Assembly: GCA_963827685.1 (NCBI GenBank)
Contig: CAWHBU010000006.1
Location: forward strand, 288,001-352,000
DNA from: an uncultured delta proteobacterium
Lineage (GTDB): Bacteria; Desulfobacterota; BSN033; UBA1163
Length of the DNA: 64,000 bases
Direction: 5' to 3'
Shown here: positions 37,668 through 48,029 of the stretch, in pieces
Layout: every line of letters begins with the position of its first letter
Numbering within the stretch: the stretch's first letter is position 1
Notes under the pieces: generated by a model
Told to the model about the DNA's origin: nothing
The model's input: only the letters and a program-made list of their open reading frames with translations
The model's database searches: none
Program-made: the position numbers and the translations under genes

Positions 37668-39086
37668 TTATCGGCCGCCTTGTTTCAAGCGTTTATTCAG
37701 TGCCTGCCTTGTAATCCCAAGCATCTGAGCAGCAATAGCTTGATTACCAATTGCTCGTTTCATTGCTTCAGAAATCAGTAGCTGCTCTGTCCGTTTGAGA
37801 GTAGGCAATTGCTCCGAAAAAGAAACCGGAACATTCTCCCCTTGTAATATCTGCTTTGAATCCATGTCAAACGAAGGTTGTTTTTGGCGGATATAGGATT
37901 TGAAAACATCCATTGAAAGTTTCCCGGATTTATGACTGCTGACGGCATCCAGAATCATGGACTGCAGTTCTCTGACATTTCCAGGAAAATGATAAGTTGA
38001 AAGGAGGGTGAGTAGCTCACTTGGCGGGGTTGGCTTCTTCTTCCCGAGCGTCTCAGAGGCCTTTCTCAAAAAATGGTCTACAAGAATAGGCAAATCTTCC
38101 CGACGCTCACGAAGCGGCAGAATATGAATAGGGTGGGCACAAAGCCTATAATAAAGATCTTTGCGGAACCTCCCGGATTCTTGCATGGCCTGGATATCCT
38201 GATTCGTAGCGACAACCACTCGAGCATCTGAGCGCTTACCGACATCTGATCCAAGAGGGAAATACTCACCATCCTGTAAAAGGCGTAAAAGCTTTACCTG
38301 TGAAGCCGAACTCAGATCTCCTATCTCATCCAAGAAGAGTGTCCCTCCGGAGGCCTGTTCCACCAAACCACTTCGAACCTGATCTGCACCGGTGAAAGCA
38401 CCTTTTCTGTGTCCAAAAAGAGAGTCTGCAAAAACATTATCATCCAAACCTGCTACATTGACAGGAACAAAGGTCCCTTTACGTTGACTGAGTTGATGAA
38501 TGGCTTTGGCAACCAATTCTTTTCCAACGCCGGTCTCGCCTGTAATCAATATAGGTTGAGGGCTGGAAGAAATTGCCTCAATGTATTGAAAGATGGAGCG
38601 CAACAGCGGACTGTTCGTGACGATTTCTGAAAAAGCCTCAGGATGCTCCAACCTATCAGATAAAACATGGGCTCTTAGCAATTTGTTCTCCCGCTGCAGT
38701 TCACGGAGTTCAATCGCCCGCTTCACTCCTGAGATCAATCTGCTTTTTTCAACAGGTTTGACCATGTAGTCGAAGGCACCGGTTTTCATACAGGCGACAG
38801 CGGTATCCACATCATTCGATCCCGTAATCACGATCACGGGCACTTCGGGATAGTCTTTGGTGACCATCGCAAGCAATTCTTCTCCTGAAACATGCGGCAT
38901 CGAGAGATCGAGCATCATCACCTCAATCTCTTGACTGGAAAAAATCGCCATCACATGGCGGCTATCCTGGCAACGGAGGATATGGTTCATATTGGCAGAC
39001 CGGAGCACCATTTCAAAACTATTTAAGGCCTGTGCTTCGTCATCGACCATCAATACCGGAAACTGAGGATAGAGGGATGTCATCAT
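37668..39086 (-). CDS. sigma54-dependent NtrC-family response regulator
   Basis: REC domain, GETGVGKE, GAFTGA, LFLDEI, Fis-type HTH. Confidence 0.95.
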   Translation of the reverse strand: MMTSLYPQFPVLMVDDEAQALNSFEMVLRSANMNHILRCQDSRHVMAIFSSQEIEVMMLDLSMPHVSGEELLAMVTKDYPEVPVIVITGSNDVDTAVACMKTGAFDYMVKPVEKSRLISGVKRAIELRELQRENKLLRAHVLSDRLEHPEAFSEIVTNSPLLRSIFQYIEAISSSPQPILITGETGVGKELVAKAIHQLSQRKGTFVPVNVAGLDDNVFADSLFGHRKGAFTGADQVRSGLVEQASGGTLFLDEIGDLSSASQVKLLRLLQDGEYFPLGSDVGKRSDARVVVATNQDIQAMQESGRFRKDLYYRLCAHPIHILPLRERREDLPILVDHFLRKASETLGKKKPTPPSELLTLLSTYHFPGNVRELQSMILDAVSSHKSGKLSMDVFKSYIRQKQPSFDMDSKQILQGENVPVSFSEQLPTLKRTEQLLISEAMKRAIGNQAIAAQMLGITRQALNKRLKQGGR

Positions 39087-39106
39087 TTATTCATCTCCAT
39101 CGTGGT

Positions 39107-40750
39107 TCAACTCACCTGGTAAACGGGTAGAACAATTTCGGCCTTTGTCCCCTTCCCAGGCTCTGAGGTGAAGGTGAACGTACCTCCGTGCTCTTTGACA
39201 ATTCTTGAGGAAATGGATAAACCCAATCCAAGACCTCCTGCATCGGACTTAGTCGTATAAAAAGGGTCTGTAATATGCGGTAAGATTTCAGAGGGTATTC
39301 CAATACCCTCATCTTCCACCTTGACGACAATGACTCGCCTCTTTTCATCATAGAACGTTGACACAAGAATACTTTTTCGTGTATCTCGGAGTGCTTGGCA
39401 AGCATTTTGGATCAAATTGATGATGACCTGCTCGAGCCGTTGGAAATTACCTTTTAATAAAGGTAAATGATTGCCATATTCGATTGAAAAATGATTGGTA
39501 GACTTCATGATCATGTTGGAGAGAAGGGTCACGGCAGACTTTAAAACAGCGTTCACATCCACCGACTGGGACATGTCCGAGGTGTCCCTTCTTACAAAGG
39601 CTCTCAAATTCTCGACAATTTGCTTGATCCGTTTCGACCCATCCAATATCCCTGAAAACAGGGCTGGGATATTCTCACACATCTCTGTATAGCTCATGCC
39701 TCCAATGATAAAATCGCCATTCTTCTCATAGTATTCGTCAAGGATTGGCATGATACTCTTCCATGCCTCCGATAAGAGTGGAGTATTCAACATAATAAAA
39801 TTATTTGGATTGTTAATCTCGTGAGCGACACTCGAAACCAGCGTTCCTAAGGCAACCATCTTACCCGCCTGCATAAGCTGTTGCTGATGTATTTTGGCTT
39901 GTTCCTCAATTTGCTTACGATCGGTTACGTCGCGCGCAATACCCCGAAATCCAATGGGCTGATTTTTTGAATCATGGATCAGTGAGGCAGAGGCCTCAAT
40001 GAATCTCTTTGTACCGTCTTTCCTGATCATTTCCCAATCAAATGGATTGGCGGGTTCCCCCGTTCGATAAACCTCGCTAAAAACTTGAAGCACTTTCTTG
40101 GCAGCCTCCTCGGTCATAAACTGTCGGTTATTCATGCCCATCAATTCTTCTTTAGAATATCCAGAAAATCTGGCCAAGGCATCATTGAAGAAGGCCAGAT
40201 TCCCAGCGAGATCCACCTCATAATATCCCTCCTCAATGCTGTAAAGAGTGGTTCGATACTTTTCCTCACTTTCCCGCAATATCGCTTCTGCCTTTTTGCG
40301 TTCAGTGATATCGCGTCCAACGCCATAAAATCCAGTAGGCCGACCTTTGGAATCGCGCCTTAGTGAAACCGAGGTCTCAAGAATTCTCTTTGTGCTGTCT
40401 TTTCTGACCAATTCCCAGTCGAAGGCTTTGGTAGGGATACCCGTTCGGTAAACCTCTTTGAAAGTTTGGTAAACCTTCTTGGATGTCTCATCATCCATAT
40501 ACTGCCGATTATTCATGCCAATCAATTCATCTTTCGAATACCCGAGAATCTTGCTCATGGAGTCATTGGAAATGATCAGATTTCCGGCGAGATCAACCTC
40601 GTAATAGAGTTCCTCTATGCTTTCGAGAATGGCACGGTATTTCTCCTCACTTTCCCGCAGCACATCTTGAACCTGCCTGAGCTGGCCCGATCTTTTTCTC
40701 AAACGCTCAACCGGTTTTTTTGCCTTGCTATCGGGTAATCTTTTGCTCAT
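39107..40750 (-). CDS. Dual-PAS cytoplasmic sensor histidine kinase
   Basis: Two tandem PAS repeats; HEINNP, NLIQNA, DEGIGI and GLGLGL motifs. Confidence 0.93.
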   Translation of the reverse strand: MSKRLPDSKAKKPVERLRKRSGQLRQVQDVLRESEEKYRAILESIEELYYEVDLAGNLIISNDSMSKILGYSKDELIGMNNRQYMDDETSKKVYQTFKEVYRTGIPTKAFDWELVRKDSTKRILETSVSLRRDSKGRPTGFYGVGRDITERKKAEAILRESEEKYRTTLYSIEEGYYEVDLAGNLAFFNDALARFSGYSKEELMGMNNRQFMTEEAAKKVLQVFSEVYRTGEPANPFDWEMIRKDGTKRFIEASASLIHDSKNQPIGFRGIARDVTDRKQIEEQAKIHQQQLMQAGKMVALGTLVSSVAHEINNPNNFIMLNTPLLSEAWKSIMPILDEYYEKNGDFIIGGMSYTEMCENIPALFSGILDGSKRIKQIVENLRAFVRRDTSDMSQSVDVNAVLKSAVTLLSNMIMKSTNHFSIEYGNHLPLLKGNFQRLEQVIINLIQNACQALRDTRKSILVSTFYDEKRRVIVVKVEDEGIGIPSEILPHITDPFYTTKSDAGGLGLGLSISSRIVKEHGGTFTFTSEPGKGTKAEIVLPVYQVS

Positions 40751-40777
40751 GGGAATTCCTGTTTTGGAAGATAAAAT

Positions 40778-40825
40778 AAAAAAGGCTCCCTACATGTGTA
40801 TCATGGATACAATGCATGGAGCCTT
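40778..40825 (-). terminator. Intrinsic terminator in the kinase leader / after ruvB
   Basis: AAGGCTCC...GGAGCCTTTTTT. Confidence 0.65.
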
Positions 40826-40956
40826 CATCATTTCCCCCGGGGTTATTTCCTTAAATCTTAAACGGTTTAGAGCGGTGGAACTTTTATCACACCAAAGCCA
40901 TAAGATTTCATGGAAGATACTATATGAAGCATCTATTTGTTGTCAAGTTGAGGAGA

Positions 40957-42018
40957 TCAACGTCTTTTGCGGGAGGGGAGGGAGAGTTGCCTTCCCTCTT
41001 CGGAGTCGGAGATTCCGAAATGCTGGTAGGCCAATTCTGTGGCCTTCCTCCCGTTCTGCATTCTTGCCACAAAACCGATCTTGAGGAGAAAGGGTTCGAT
41101 CATATCGACCAATGTATCCGATTCTTCTTGTAATGTCGCTGCGATCGCCTCAAGACCCACAGGCCCCCCTTTGTAATACCGGATGATAGTTTCCAGGAAC
41201 CTTCGGTCAAGGCTTGTCAAACCGATTTCATCCACTCCTTCCAAACGCAGTGCCTCATCGGCAATGGCTTTGTCGATCTTCCCTTGCCCACGGATCTCGG
41301 CAAAATCCCTGACCCTTTTCAGAAGCCGGTTCGAAATTCTCGGCGTGCCTCTCGACCGCTTGGCAATTTCCTCTGTCCCTCCTTCATCAATGGGAACTCT
41401 TAAGAGGGCTGCCGACCGCCTGACCACCTGGCAGAGTTCTTCGACGGAATAGAAATCGAGGTTCCTCAATATTCCAAAGCGCTCCCGAAGAGGTGCGGAA
41501 AGGAGCCCGGCACGTGTAGTCGCACCCACAAAGGTGAACCGTTCCAACCGATACCGATGGCTTCTCGCATGAGCCCCTTTATCAAAAATGAAATCAATGC
41601 AAAAATCTTCCATGGCCGGGTAAAGGAATTCTTCTACCACCTTGGGAAGACGGTGCACCTCATCGATAAACAGGACATCTCCCCTCTCCAGATGGGTGAG
41701 GATGCTGATCAGGTCGCCTCCTTTTTCGATGGCAGGCCCGGAGGAGGTGACAATGCGGACTCCCAATTCTGTGGCAATGATATGGGCAAGGGTGGTTTTT
41801 CCCAATCCGGGCGGGGAATGAAAAAGGATGTGATCCAGAGGCTCTCCACGTTTTTTAGCTGCCTGGATCGCAATCTCCAGGGTCTCCACCACCTGTTTTT
41901 GACCGATATATTCGGAAAGCTTCCGGGGCCTCAGGTCAAGATAATCTTCAACTTCGGGTTGGATTCCTTCAGCTTCTACCTTTGGATCAGGTCGTCTGCT
42001 CTCTTCGGATTCCTTCAT
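40957..42018 (-). CDS. ruvB: Holliday junction helicase RuvB
   Basis: [22 protein letters not shown] and GATTR motifs. Start placed at MKESE. Confidence 0.96.
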   Translation of the reverse strand: MKESEESRRPDPKVEAEGIQPEVEDYLDLRPRKLSEYIGQKQVVETLEIAIQAAKKRGEPLDHILFHSPPGLGKTTLAHIIATELGVRIVTSSGPAIEKGGDLISILTHLERGDVLFIDEVHRLPKVVEEFLYPAMEDFCIDFIFDKGAHARSHRYRLERFTFVGATTRAGLLSAPLRERFGILRNLDFYSVEELCQVVRRSAALLRVPIDEGGTEEIAKRSRGTPRISNRLLKRVRDFAEIRGQGKIDKAIADEALRLEGVDEIGLTSLDRRFLETIIRYYKGGPVGLEAIAATLQEESDTLVDMIEPFLLKIGFVARMQNGRKATELAYQHFGISDSEEGRQLSLPSRKRR

Positions 42019-42145
42019 ATATTCCTCTTCATGAGAAAGATAAAAAATCCTTAATCCCCCTTGCCCCCCCTTAACAAAGGGGGTACGACTCGAAACCGAG
42101 GGGAGGTTGCCTGCCTGCCGGCAGGCAGGGGGGGATTTGAACGGT

Positions 42146-42778
42146 CTATGGTGAAATCTCCTTTTGTCCTCGATACACCTCTTCAAACAATTCTTCAGGG
42201 GTAGAAATATTCGGGTTTCTGAGCATTGCCTCTTTGACCAAACGTTGTGCTTCGCTTAACTTATGGCCAAGGTCCTTTACCAAAACTTCCTCCACCTGTT
42301 TCTTAAAGTCCACGACCTCCACATCAAGTGGAATTTGATCCTCCCTCATCAGCGCAAATTTACCAACTTTTCCTTGAAGGGTAGCAATAATCTTATCCGC
42401 TGTCCTTTTCCCAACTCCCTTCAGGCTTTCGAGGGTTTTCGCATCCCTTTCCTCTATCGCCTTGGCAATCTTTGGGACGGGCATCATCAAGGCCTTCACC
42501 GCCGTCGGGGGACCGATATCTTCCACCGTAATGAATTTCTCAAAGAATTCTTTCTCCGGCTCGAAATTAAAACCGATGAGAAGAGGCTTGGGTTGCCGTT
42601 CGGTCTGGTGGTAATAAATATAAAGTCTGACGATCTCTCCATCCTCCCCTGCTCTCTTCGGACTGAAGGTCTGCCGAACAATCGCAGGAAGGAGAATTTC
42701 ATACCCCACCCCATTCGCTAAAACGACAATCCTATCCTCTTCTTTCTTGAGCAACTTTCCTTCGATATAGCGGATCAT
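42146..42778 (-). CDS. ruvA: Holliday junction DNA-binding protein RuvA
   Basis: MIRYIEG..GVGYEI, HhH motif GVGKRTA; operon context. Confidence 0.92.
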   Translation of the reverse strand: MIRYIEGKLLKKEEDRIVVLANGVGYEILLPAIVRQTFSPKRAGEDGEIVRLYIYYHQTERQPKPLLIGFNFEPEKEFFEKFITVEDIGPPTAVKALMMPVPKIAKAIEERDAKTLESLKGVGKRTADKIIATLQGKVGKFALMREDQIPLDVEVVDFKKQVEEVLVKDLGHKLSEAQRLVKEAMLRNPNISTPEELFEEVYRGQKEISP

Positions 42779-42938
42779 TTCTCTGCCTACGCGAATTCCG
42801 TCTTACGCTTTGTTATCCTTTCATTTCCTTAGATATAGCCACCCACAAAAATCCCAAATTCCAATATCCAAATCCCAAACAAATCCGAAATTCCAATTTC
42901 GAAATTCTAAACGATTATCTATTTTAGAAATTGGTATT

Positions 42939-43991
42939 CGCCAGTTCAATAATGAAGTGCAACACTTAGGGTGACGTAGTATCCTAAGTGTATGGAAAAG
43001 CTAAACTATCAACATCTCTCCAGTGAAGAGAGAGACAAAATTGCATATCTTCACGCACGAGGTAAAAGCATCTCGGAGATAGCCGAGAGTATCGGGCGAA
43101 ACAAAGGTTCCATTTCACGAGAACTCAAGCGTAACCGATCGCCCATCTACAACGTTTACTTGGCCAATAGGGCCCATGAAAGAGCCGTTAAACGAAAACA
43201 TGAATCCGTCCAACGACAGCGAATACGCAATCCTTTGATCCGTAGGTATATCATGAAAAAGCTCAAGCTCAAATGGTCTCCCGAACTGATTTCAGGAAGA
43301 CTTTCTTTAGAATATCCAGACCTTCGTATCAGCCATGAGGCCATTTATCAATTCATCTATGATAAATCGATCCCTACGAAGCAGAACCTGGTGCCCTATC
43401 TGACTCGGGCTCACAAGCGCCGTAGACTCCGTACCCATTCGCACCGGCATAAGACACTCCATATTCCACGACGGATCTCCATCAAAGAGCGTCCCCTGGA
43501 GGTCCAAACCCGGATCCAACCCGGCCATTGGGAAGCTGATACGTTAATCTCCCGAACAAGTAAGGCCGCTTTAGCGGTAGCCCTTGAGAGAACCAGTAGA
43601 CACCTGCACTTGGCCAAATTGCCTGCCAAGACCTCACAGAACTTGCGATGTGCCCTCACTCGCAGACTCAGCCGTTACCCCCAACCCCTTCTCCGCTCTA
43701 TCACCTATGATAATGGTTGCGAAAACGTGGAGCATGAGTATACTAACAAGGTGTTGGGAACCCAATCCTACTTCTGTGAACCCTTCCATAGTTGGGAAAA
43801 GACTTCTATCGAAAATGCCATCGGGCTGATCCGACGCTTCTTCCCCAAGAAGACGGATTTTAATCTGGTTCCCAAAGAACAAGTCAAACGCGTCGAAACT
43901 TTACTTAATACGAGGCCACGAAAATGCCTCAATTATCGAACGCCCAATGAAGTTTTGGGCTCATGTGTTGCACTTCACTGTTGAATGCAGC
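42939..43991. mobile_element. IS30-family element inserted in a heptamer palindrome
   Basis: Inverted ends TTCAA(T/C)A(A/G)TGAAGTGCAACAC; ATT on both flanks. Confidence 0.88.
42992..43984 (+). CDS. IS30-family transposase
   Basis: ISRELKRN, WSPE, GHWEADT, TYDNG.E and LNTRPRKCL motifs. Confidence 0.95.
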   Translation: MEKLNYQHLSSEERDKIAYLHARGKSISEIAESIGRNKGSISRELKRNRSPIYNVYLANRAHERAVKRKHESVQRQRIRNPLIRRYIMKKLKLKWSPELISGRLSLEYPDLRISHEAIYQFIYDKSIPTKQNLVPYLTRAHKRRRLRTHSHRHKTLHIPRRISIKERPLEVQTRIQPGHWEADTLISRTSKAALAVALERTSRHLHLAKLPAKTSQNLRCALTRRLSRYPQPLLRSITYDNGCENVEHEYTNKVLGTQSYFCEPFHSWEKTSIENAIGLIRRFFPKKTDFNLVPKEQVKRVETLLNTRPRKCLNYRTPNEVLGSCVALHC

Positions 43992-44120
43992 ATTTTGGTC
44001 ATTGGTGCTTATTTGAAATTTGGTGCTTTGAATTTGGGATTTCCCTGTTTCTCTTACTCCAATCAATATTACATTAGATTCATCGTCTAACAATATATTT
44101 AATATACCGCGAAACAGGGC

Positions 44121-44606
44121 TTACCAATGAAAATTTTCATTTCTGGAAAGGCCGGTCAAGGCCAGGGCCAGAGCATCCCCTGCGTGGCTTGAGCTGAGGG
44201 GATTCTCGATCCTGAGAATTTGGCGGATCGCCTTCTTCATCTGTTCCTTATCGGCCCGACCGCTTCCGGTCAATGCACTCTTCACCTCCGTTGGTCTCAG
44301 TTCGACCACAGGAATGTCCATTTCTTGAGCCGCAAGGTAGATCACCCCCCTCACTTCACCCAATTGAATGGCTGCCTTAGGAAATTGTTTCAAGACAAAG
44401 ACCTCTTCTAAGGCAAGAAGGTCGGGGCTCCATTTTTCGAGAAGTCCTTTGAGCTCATCATAGATGGTTTTTAAACGAAGGGGAATAGGACAATTTGCTT
44501 CGGTTCGAATGGTTCCCCAATCACAGGCTTTCCCTCCCCGGGGAAGAGCCTCCACGACCCCAAACCCTGTCATCGCTAAACCCGGATCGATTCCAATCGC
44601 CTTCAC
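44121..44606 (-). CDS. ruvC: Holliday junction resolvase RuvC
   Basis: GIDPG, LEEVF, G.GRADKEQ and DALALA motifs. Confidence 0.93.
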   Translation of the reverse strand: MKAIGIDPGLAMTGFGVVEALPRGGKACDWGTIRTEANCPIPLRLKTIYDELKGLLEKWSPDLLALEEVFVLKQFPKAAIQLGEVRGVIYLAAQEMDIPVVELRPTEVKSALTGSGRADKEQMKKAIRQILRIENPLSSSHAGDALALALTGLSRNENFHW

Positions 44607-44694
44607 CAAAAGATTTCTCCAGATGTGAAAAAGCCACCCAATCACTTTCCTTATAGAAGGGGTGGCTTCTAACTTAACTGAAACAGAGATGTTT

Positions 44695-44908
44695 ATCTGA
44701 TAGTTGCATAAGAAACGTTGCCAGAGACAGGTGGGTGTGCTGGAAAAACTTTATAGCGGCACTTTTGACCATTTAGCTGCACTGTTATCAGATATTTTGC
44801 AGAAGTCACCATAGGTGAGATCGCATCTTACCTATAAAACTTATAAAAGAACCGCATTATAAAGTTTTGGAAGCACACTCACCTGCCGATTGAATGCAAC
44901 GTTAAGGT
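44695..44908. mobile_element. MITE, ACC..GTTGCAT family
   Basis: Both ends align with 6267-6580 in inverted orientation; TT on both flanks. Confidence 0.65.
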
Positions 44909-45658
44909 TTATGCACTGAGCCGTTCCATCTCCTCTTCGGCAATATCGAAATTGCCGTAGACTTTTGTGACGTCATCAGAATCTTCAAGCCCTTCCATTA
45001 ACTTCAGCATCTGTTCCGCCTCTTTTCCACTCAAACGAACAGTGCTTTGGGGAACCATGGTTACCTCAGCATAGCTGTGTTTGAACCCAGCTGCCTCAAC
45101 TGCCTTTTTCACTTCTTCAAAACTCGCTGGGTCGGTCGTTACTTCAAATTCCTTACCTGAATCCTTCACATCGAGGGCCCCCGCATCCAATGCTACTTCA
45201 ATCAGACGATCCTCATCGACTCCGCTTTTTTCGATGACGATCAACCCCTTTTTTCCAAACATCCAGGAGACGCAACCATTCTCACCAAGGCTACCATTAT
45301 ATTTGGAGAAGACATGTCTGACATCGGCAACGGTCCGATTTTTGTTATCCGTCACCACTTCCAGCATCATGGCCACGCCACCCGGTCCGTAACCCTCGTA
45401 CGTCAGCTCTTCGTAATTGACCCCTTCCAGTTCTCCGGTCCCCTTCTTGATCGCCCTTTCAATATTATCCTTCGGCATGTTCTCTGCTTTGGCTGCGAGA
45501 ACGGCAGTCCGGAGCCTCGGATTGGTATTGATATCCCCTCCCCCAAAGCGGGCGGCAACCATAATCTCTTTGATGATTTTAGTAAAGGCTTTCCCCCGTT
45601 TGGCATCGGCTGCGCCTTTTTTTCGCTTAATCGTACTCCACTTCGAATGTCCGGACAT
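44909..45658 (-). CDS. yebC: YebC/PmpR family protein
   Basis: [15 protein letters not shown] and TDNKNRT motifs. Confidence 0.95.
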   Translation of the reverse strand: MSGHSKWSTIKRKKGAADAKRGKAFTKIIKEIMVAARFGGGDINTNPRLRTAVLAAKAENMPKDNIERAIKKGTGELEGVNYEELTYEGYGPGGVAMMLEVVTDNKNRTVADVRHVFSKYNGSLGENGCVSWMFGKKGLIVIEKSGVDEDRLIEVALDAGALDVKDSGKEFEVTTDPASFEEVKKAVEAAGFKHSYAEVTMVPQSTVRLSGKEAEQMLKLMEGLEDSDDVTKVYGNFDIAEEEMERLSA

Positions 45659-45745
45659 CGTTCTTTCCCGTGGGTGGAAAGTGGAAGGTGGCATGTAAAA
45701 TCTTCAAAACCACATTCTGCCTTCTACTTTCCACTTTCTAAAATA

Positions 45746-45820
45746 TGGTGGGCGCTAGAGGATTTGAACCTCTGACTTCCTGCGTGTGAAGCAGGCGTTC
45801 TCCCCCTGAACTAAGCGCCC
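45746..45820 (-). tRNA. tRNA-Val(CAC)
   Basis: Canonical cloverleaf, loop TT-CAC-AC, encoded CCA. Confidence 0.95.
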
Positions 45821-45916
45821 GGTACAAGACCTATTTTATAAGACCTTTCTGAAAAGTCAACCCTCTCCCCCTCATTCTACCAGAGCCGGAAGGACTGTCA
45901 ACGGTTTTTATCCCTC

Positions 45917-47457
45917 TGTGTTAGCAAAGTAGAAATGTCCCCATTAACTGCTTAAGTTAAAATGTCCCCATGGAACAGGAGAAGATACTCATGGGGCAGA
46001 GGGAGTTAAAGAGGTGGCATCTGATGGAGATCGTAAAGGTAGGGAAGATCACCTTGAGGGAGGCTGGAGAGAGGATAGGTGTGTCCTACCGTCAGGCGAA
46101 GCGGATTGGGCAAGCGATCCGGGAGAGAGGGATCAAAGCCTTGGTGCATGGTAACAGGGGACGACCTTCGAACCACCGGCTCAAGGAGTCCTTACGAGAA
46201 AGGGTATTAAAGCTGTCGGAAGAGGTTTACTGGGACTTTAACGATACCCATTTTACGGAGAAACTTCGGGAGTGCGAAGGGATCGATTTGAATCGAGAGA
46301 CGGTGAGGAAGTTACGGCGGGAGGCGGGGATGGCACCCAAGCGCAGGCGTCGGGGACCTAAGCATCGAAAGCGACGGGAGCGAATGGCTCAAGAAGGATG
46401 GATGGTCCTCTGGGATGGGAGTCCCCACCCCTGGTTTGGCCGAGACCTTCCACCTTGCTGTCTGATGGCTGCCATCGATGATGCGACCGGGAAACTGCTG
46501 GCCGCCCGTTTCTTTCCCTTTGAAGGTTCCGCAGGCTATTTCTGGCTTCTTAAAGAGATGATTAAAAAATATGGAATCCCAATGATGATCTATCAGGATC
46601 GCCACGGGTCGTTGCATCGGAATGACCCTCACTGGAGCTTGGAAGAGCAACTCGCTGGCCGACAGGAACCGACTCAAGTCGGATTAGCTCTCGAAGCCTT
46701 GGGGATTGAGCCGATCTCGGCTCTTTCTCCTCAGGCCAAAGGAAGGATAGAAAAACTCTTTGCCACCCTGCAGGATCGTCTGGGAGCAGAACTCCGTTTA
46801 AAAGAAATTGTAACGATGGAAGAGGCCAATCGCTTTTTACAATCAACCTTTTTAAAAGACTTTAACCGTCGCTTTGCCGTCAGACCCAGAGAATCCCAAA
46901 AAGCCTGGAGAGAAGTCCCAAACCATCTGGACCTGGATCGAATCATCAGCTTTCGCTATACGGCTACGGTCGGCAACGATAATACGGCTCGGCTGGGAGG
47001 ATTGGTTCTCGATATTCCCCCTGGCCCTCAAAGAAGATCCTATGCGAAGCTCAAGGTGGAAGCTCGGCAGCTTCTCAACGGATCTTGGAGAATCTACGCT
47101 CAAGATCAGTTGATTGCGAAACATCCTCCTACTTCCCTCCGGGAACCGGTGAGAGCTCTTCCCCGAAAGAAACACCATGCAAAAGGAGTTAAAGATTACC
47201 ACTGGGTCTATCTCGCTTCAGCACCCTCCAGGGAAGGTGACCCTTACCCCCTGCTCATCGAACATCGTTGATTGTAGCGCAACCTGGCGATTCACATTTC
47301 GCTTGTTGCCCATTAATAGGGATCTCTTATGAGAGCTCACTTAAAAAAAAGAAACTCAAATTGAAGTTCATCCACTCACTCAAGGGTCAAGATCAAAACC
47401 CTTGGAGGGGACATTTTCACGTTGCAGTTAAGGGGACATATTGACTTCGCTTAAACA
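45917..47457. mobile_element. IS1202-family (ISNCY) element with a 15-bp target duplication
   Basis: TGT...ACA ends, repeated AATGTCCCC/GGGGACAT sites, TSD CGGTTTTTATCCCTC (45902-45916, 47458-47472). Confidence 0.88.
45970..47271 (+). CDS. ISNCY/IS1202-family transposase
   Basis: HGNRGR, DGSPHPW, IDDATG and PQAKGRIEK.F.TLQDRL motifs. Confidence 0.93.
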   Translation: MEQEKILMGQRELKRWHLMEIVKVGKITLREAGERIGVSYRQAKRIGQAIRERGIKALVHGNRGRPSNHRLKESLRERVLKLSEEVYWDFNDTHFTEKLRECEGIDLNRETVRKLRREAGMAPKRRRRGPKHRKRRERMAQEGWMVLWDGSPHPWFGRDLPPCCLMAAIDDATGKLLAARFFPFEGSAGYFWLLKEMIKKYGIPMMIYQDRHGSLHRNDPHWSLEEQLAGRQEPTQVGLALEALGIEPISALSPQAKGRIEKLFATLQDRLGAELRLKEIVTMEEANRFLQSTFLKDFNRRFAVRPRESQKAWREVPNHLDLDRIISFRYTATVGNDNTARLGGLVLDIPPGPQRRSYAKLKVEARQLLNGSWRIYAQDQLIAKHPPTSLREPVRALPRKKHHAKGVKDYHWVYLASAPSREGDPYPLLIEHR

Positions 47458-47512
47458 CGGTTTTTATCCCTCCCAAATCCCGATTTAGAAAAGAAAACCC
47501 TCTTACCGTCAT

Positions 47513-47587
47513 GTCATTGCGAGCACCTAAAAGGTGCGTGGCAATCTCTCGGAAAGAGCGAGACTGCTTCGTTCCACTCGCAGCGAC
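47513..47587. repeat. GTCATTGCGAG-family REPIN-like element
   Basis: GTCATTGCGAG..GGCAATCTC / GAGACTGC..CTCGCAGCGAC. Confidence 0.65.
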
Positions 47588-47726
47588 GGTTCCGTAACCC
47601 GGGACTTGGGGACCGCTTATTCACCGCTCTGAGACGGCTCTATGAACCCTTGAGGGCTAAAGATTTTCAGGTGACCTTCCCCCGAGTTGATGGACACACC
47701 TGAGAATTTGTATCATTGGACAGGAG

Positions 47727-48029
47727 GTGCGTATGGGGGAAAAGAATCGTCATTTCAGCCGTGAGTTCAAACGAGATGCAGTGCAGTTGGTCACAGAGAA
47801 AGGGATGCCGGTAGGCAAGGTGGCCCGAGAGCTTGATATCCATCCCAATCTTCTTCATCTATGGAGGAGGAGGTTCTTAGCTAAAGGGGATAAAGCCTTC
47901 GTAGGGAAGGGCCGTGTAACGCCAGAGGAAGCGGAAATAAAGGGGCTCCGGAAGGAATTAGAAAAGGTGAAGGAAGAGAGGGACATTTTAAAAAAAGCCT
48001 TGGCCGTATTCTCCAAACGAAACAGATGA
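47727..48029 (+). CDS. IS3 transposase OrfA
   Basis: FSREFKRDAV HTH; ERDILKKA. Confidence 0.92.
   Translation: MRMGEKNRHFSREFKRDAVQLVTEKGMPVGKVARELDIHPNLLHLWRRRFLAKGDKAFVGKGRVTPEEAEIKGLRKELEKVKEERDILKKALAVFSKRNR

Noticed and set aside
39107-40750. Internal direct repeat as a possible DGR template/variable pair
   Set aside because: Explained by tandem PAS domains; differences are not adenine-specific and there is no reverse transcriptase.
40800-40895. Resemblance to a fluoride riboswitch (GTGAT..GTTC, TAAACCG, TGATGA)
   Set aside because: The 3' pseudoknot complement is missing and the downstream gene is unrelated; an Rfam scan would settle it.
42019-42186. Long N-terminal extensions of RuvB (also FabZ, PAP2, TrpF, NrdJ) in the ORF track
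   Set aside because: They translate repeats, operators or neighbouring genes; downstream starts fit the families better.
45746-45820. tRNA-Val as an integration site for an island
   Set aside because: No integrase and no duplicated tRNA 3' end seen; the nearby ISs lie upstream and have their own TSDs.
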